A DNA stretch of 64,000 bases from Eledone cirrhosa (Eukaryota). Both the position numbers and the translations under genes were made by a program. Location: NCBI GenBank assembly GCA_964016885.1, contig CAXHJY010001015.1, positions 1 to 64,000 on the forward strand. The letters run 5' to 3'. Of this stretch, positions 61,150 through 64,000 are shown in pieces (positions within the stretch are counted from its first letter, which is position 1; the number at the start of each line of letters is the position of its first letter). The notes under the pieces are model-generated. The model was not told where the DNA came from and did not search any database. It saw only the letters and a list, made by a program, of their open reading frames with translations.

Positions 61150-61500
61150 TAATATAGGCTCCAGTCCACAACTTTGGGCGAGGGGTATGTCGATGAAACG
61201 ACACCAGTGCATTGCTGGTACTTTATTTTATCAACCCCCGTAAGGATGAAAGGCAAAGTTAACCTGGGCAGGATTTGAACTTAGAGTGCAAAGGGCCGTG
61301 ACTCTATGCCGTGAAGCAGCGTGTCCGACGCTCTACCGATTCTGCCAATACACCACCCTACTTTTTTAGGCACAAGTCCAACGATGTTTTGGGGAGGGGA
61401 ATAGTCAATTAAATCGACCCAGTGCATTACTGGTACTTTATTCCATCGACGCCGCAAGGATGAATGGTAAAGGTAACCTCGATGGTATTCGAACTCAGTT
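61150..61500 (-). mobile_element. two tandem tRNA-SINE copies
   Basis: Same core as the 55-56 kb cluster. Confidence 0.85.
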
Positions 61501-61930
61501 GATCATAGTAATACCTTTTGTTTTTAACTACAGTGCTTGTGATGATTCTAGCTATGGTTATCAATACTTATGGCTCTATCTGTGATCATATTCAATGAGA
61601 TGATGATGTGTTTGTATTTATAGTGATTGTATAGGTTTGTTGTTATGGTGACAATCTATTTTTTAGAATGTGTGTTGGGGATTGGGGTTGGGGGAGGGGG
61701 GTCTATATATTTTGTGGTTGTTTGCTTTTGGTGTATTTTCTGGTTCCTATCCTTGATGTTCTGTGATTCTTGTGAGTTGCAATGTCTCTGTTCTGAAGAC
61801 TTTTTTTTTTTAGGAGAATATATACTTCTTCTGATGTGGAACAATTCTATTGCTATATTGGTCAAACATAGATGCTGACTTATACATCAAAATACTCATC
61901 ATCATCATCATCATCATCATCATATATATA

Positions 61931-61969
<39 letters not shown>

Positions 61970-62088
61970 TACATACCTGTATATATATATATAATACTAT
62001 ATATATATATATTTATATATATATATTATATGATGATGATGTATTATACATGTATACATACTTATATATATATATATATATACTTATG

Positions 62089-62130
<42 letters not shown>

Positions 62131-62307
62131 CATGCATGCGTGTATGTGTGGGTTATGATGATATTTTAGCTCATCCGCATCATCGTCATCCCCAGCACCA
62201 CCACATTCACCACCACCTCCACTATTATTATTATTATTGTTGTTGTTGTTGCTGTTGTGTTTTTTTGTTGTTGTTTTTAACATTATTGCTTTTGTTGTTG
62301 GTGTTGT

Positions 62308-62373
62308 TGTTATCGTCGCAGATTATTGCAAGGTTTTCTGACCAGGATCTTGCAATAATCTGTGACGATAACA
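62308..62373 (+). other. 30-bp stem-loop (pre-miRNA-like)
   Basis: Fully paired on the + strand with 4 G-U wobbles, 6-nt loop. Confidence 0.6.
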
Positions 62374-62462
62374 TAACTTTGCCTTTCATCCTTACGGGGT
62401 CGATCAAATAAAGTACCAGTAACATACTGGGTAATTGCTGGCCTTGTGCCAAAAGTAGAAAC

Positions 62463-62514
<52 letters not shown>

Positions 62515-62705
62515 GCGGTGGATTGGCAGTATCGGTAGAGGGTCGGACGCCATGCTTTGACTCATAGAGTTACGGCCCTTGCCATTCTAAGTTCAAATCC
62601 CGCCGAAGTTAACTTTGCCTTTCATCCTTACGGGGTCGATAAAATAAAGTACCAGTAATGTACTGGGTAATTTGCTGGCCTTGTGCCAAAAGTAGAAACA
62701 ATTAT
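62374..62705 (+). mobile_element. 5'-truncated (62374-62467) and full-length (62512-62705) tRNA-SINE copies
   Basis: Head AGGGCGGTGGATTGGCAGTATCGGTAGAG, B-box GTTCAAATCC, core CCTTTCATCCTTACGGGGTCGAT. Confidence 0.9.
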
Positions 62706-62764
62706 ATATATATATATATATATATATGTCTCTCTCTCACTCTCCACCCTCTATGTCTTCATTT

Positions 62765-62849
62765 AATCATCATCAACAGCAGCAATACCATCAACATCAT
62801 CATCATCATAATTACCATCACCAACACCACTACTATGGCAATCATCATC

Positions 62850-62881
<32 letters not shown>

Positions 62882-63785
62882 CATTATCATTATCATAATC
62901 ACCATCACCATCAGTATCATAACCATCATCGTCATCATCGTCATCATCGTCAACATCATCATCATCATCATCATCATCACCATCATCATCATCATTATCA
63001 TTATCATTATCATAATCACCATCACCATCAGTATCATAACCATCATCGTCATCATCGTCATCATCGTCAACATCATCATCATCATACTCATTAAATACAT
63101 TACTATCATCCGTCCAAACCGTCCACCATCATCACAAACATCCCTGTCATTCTTCCAGCATTACCAGTCATCACTATCTTCACCACCACCACCACCACCT
63201 TTACCCACCATCACCACCACATCTACCACCACCAACATCACCACGACAAGCACCACCACTGCTACATTCATTATCACTGCCACCACCTGTACCATCTCCA
63301 CCATCAATCCCACCGTCATCACCACCACCACCACCACCACCGCCACCTATACGCCCCCCCCCCCACACTTCCATCCGTCACACCCACCTCCACATTATCC
63401 ACCCCACACCAACACCTCCACACCGAAACCTCCTCAGCCCCACACCACCACCACCACCACCTCAACCCCCACACACCGCCACCCCTACCTCCACCTCTAC
63501 ACCACCCACGCCACATCTACTTCTAACCCCAACCCCCACACCATCACACCCTCCACCCCCCACAACTACCCCCCCCCCCCCCCCGCCACTTCCACCACCT
63601 CCAGCCCCACACCACCACCACCACCTCAACCCCACACACCGCCACCCCTACCTCCACCTCTACACCACCATCTACTTCTAACCCCAACCCCCACACCACC
63701 ACACCCTCCACCCCCCACAACTACACCCCCCCGCCACTTCCACCACCTCCAGCCCCACCACCACCACCTCCACCTCCACCACAGT
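62765..63785. repeat. (CAT)n then (CAC/CCA)n tracts with ~105-150-bp internal duplications
   Basis: Seen directly. Confidence 0.9.
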
Positions 63786-64000
63786 AATCCCCTATCATGT
63801 TGATATCGACATAAAACACAAAGAAATCCGGTCGGAATTTATAAAGAAAATCAAACAATAAACAAACAAACACAGTTGCCCCCCCCCCCCCTATCGTCTC
63901 TCCTTTCGTCGAAATAAAAAATGCTTCTGAGATAAACAGGGGATGATCTACACACAAATCTGTATATATATATATATATTCATGTGTGTGTGTGTATACA

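Overview
Eukaryotic, very AT-rich, non-coding DNA, probably intergenic or intronic. The SINE repertoire and extreme microsatellite load resemble an Octopus (coleoid cephalopod) genome; this is recognised from memory, not database-checked. I find no intact host protein-coding gene: nearly all ORFs in the track are translations of (TA)n, (CA)n, (GA)n, (TATC)n or trinucleotide repeats. Real coding remnants are a decayed mariner transposase, Tx1/L1-type and RTE-type LINE 3' ends, and a short RT fragment. The most notable hidden signal is a set of minimal type I hammerhead-ribozyme (HHR) motifs (CUGANGA-stem II-GAAA-palindromic stem III-UH) from at least five unrelated short-element families lying among microsatellites. 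They include two fold-back copies and a 48-bp half-ribozyme insertion with an 11-bp TSD whose empty site is preserved nearby. This points to Penelope-like or retrozyme-type non-autonomous elements. Other signals: a Tx1-like LINE apparently specific for (TATC)n tracts, strong enrichment of YY1/Pho motifs in the unique islands, two pre-miRNA-like hairpins, and clustered inverted SINE copies. All structures were read by eye, and element boundaries are approximate unless TIRs or TSDs are stated.
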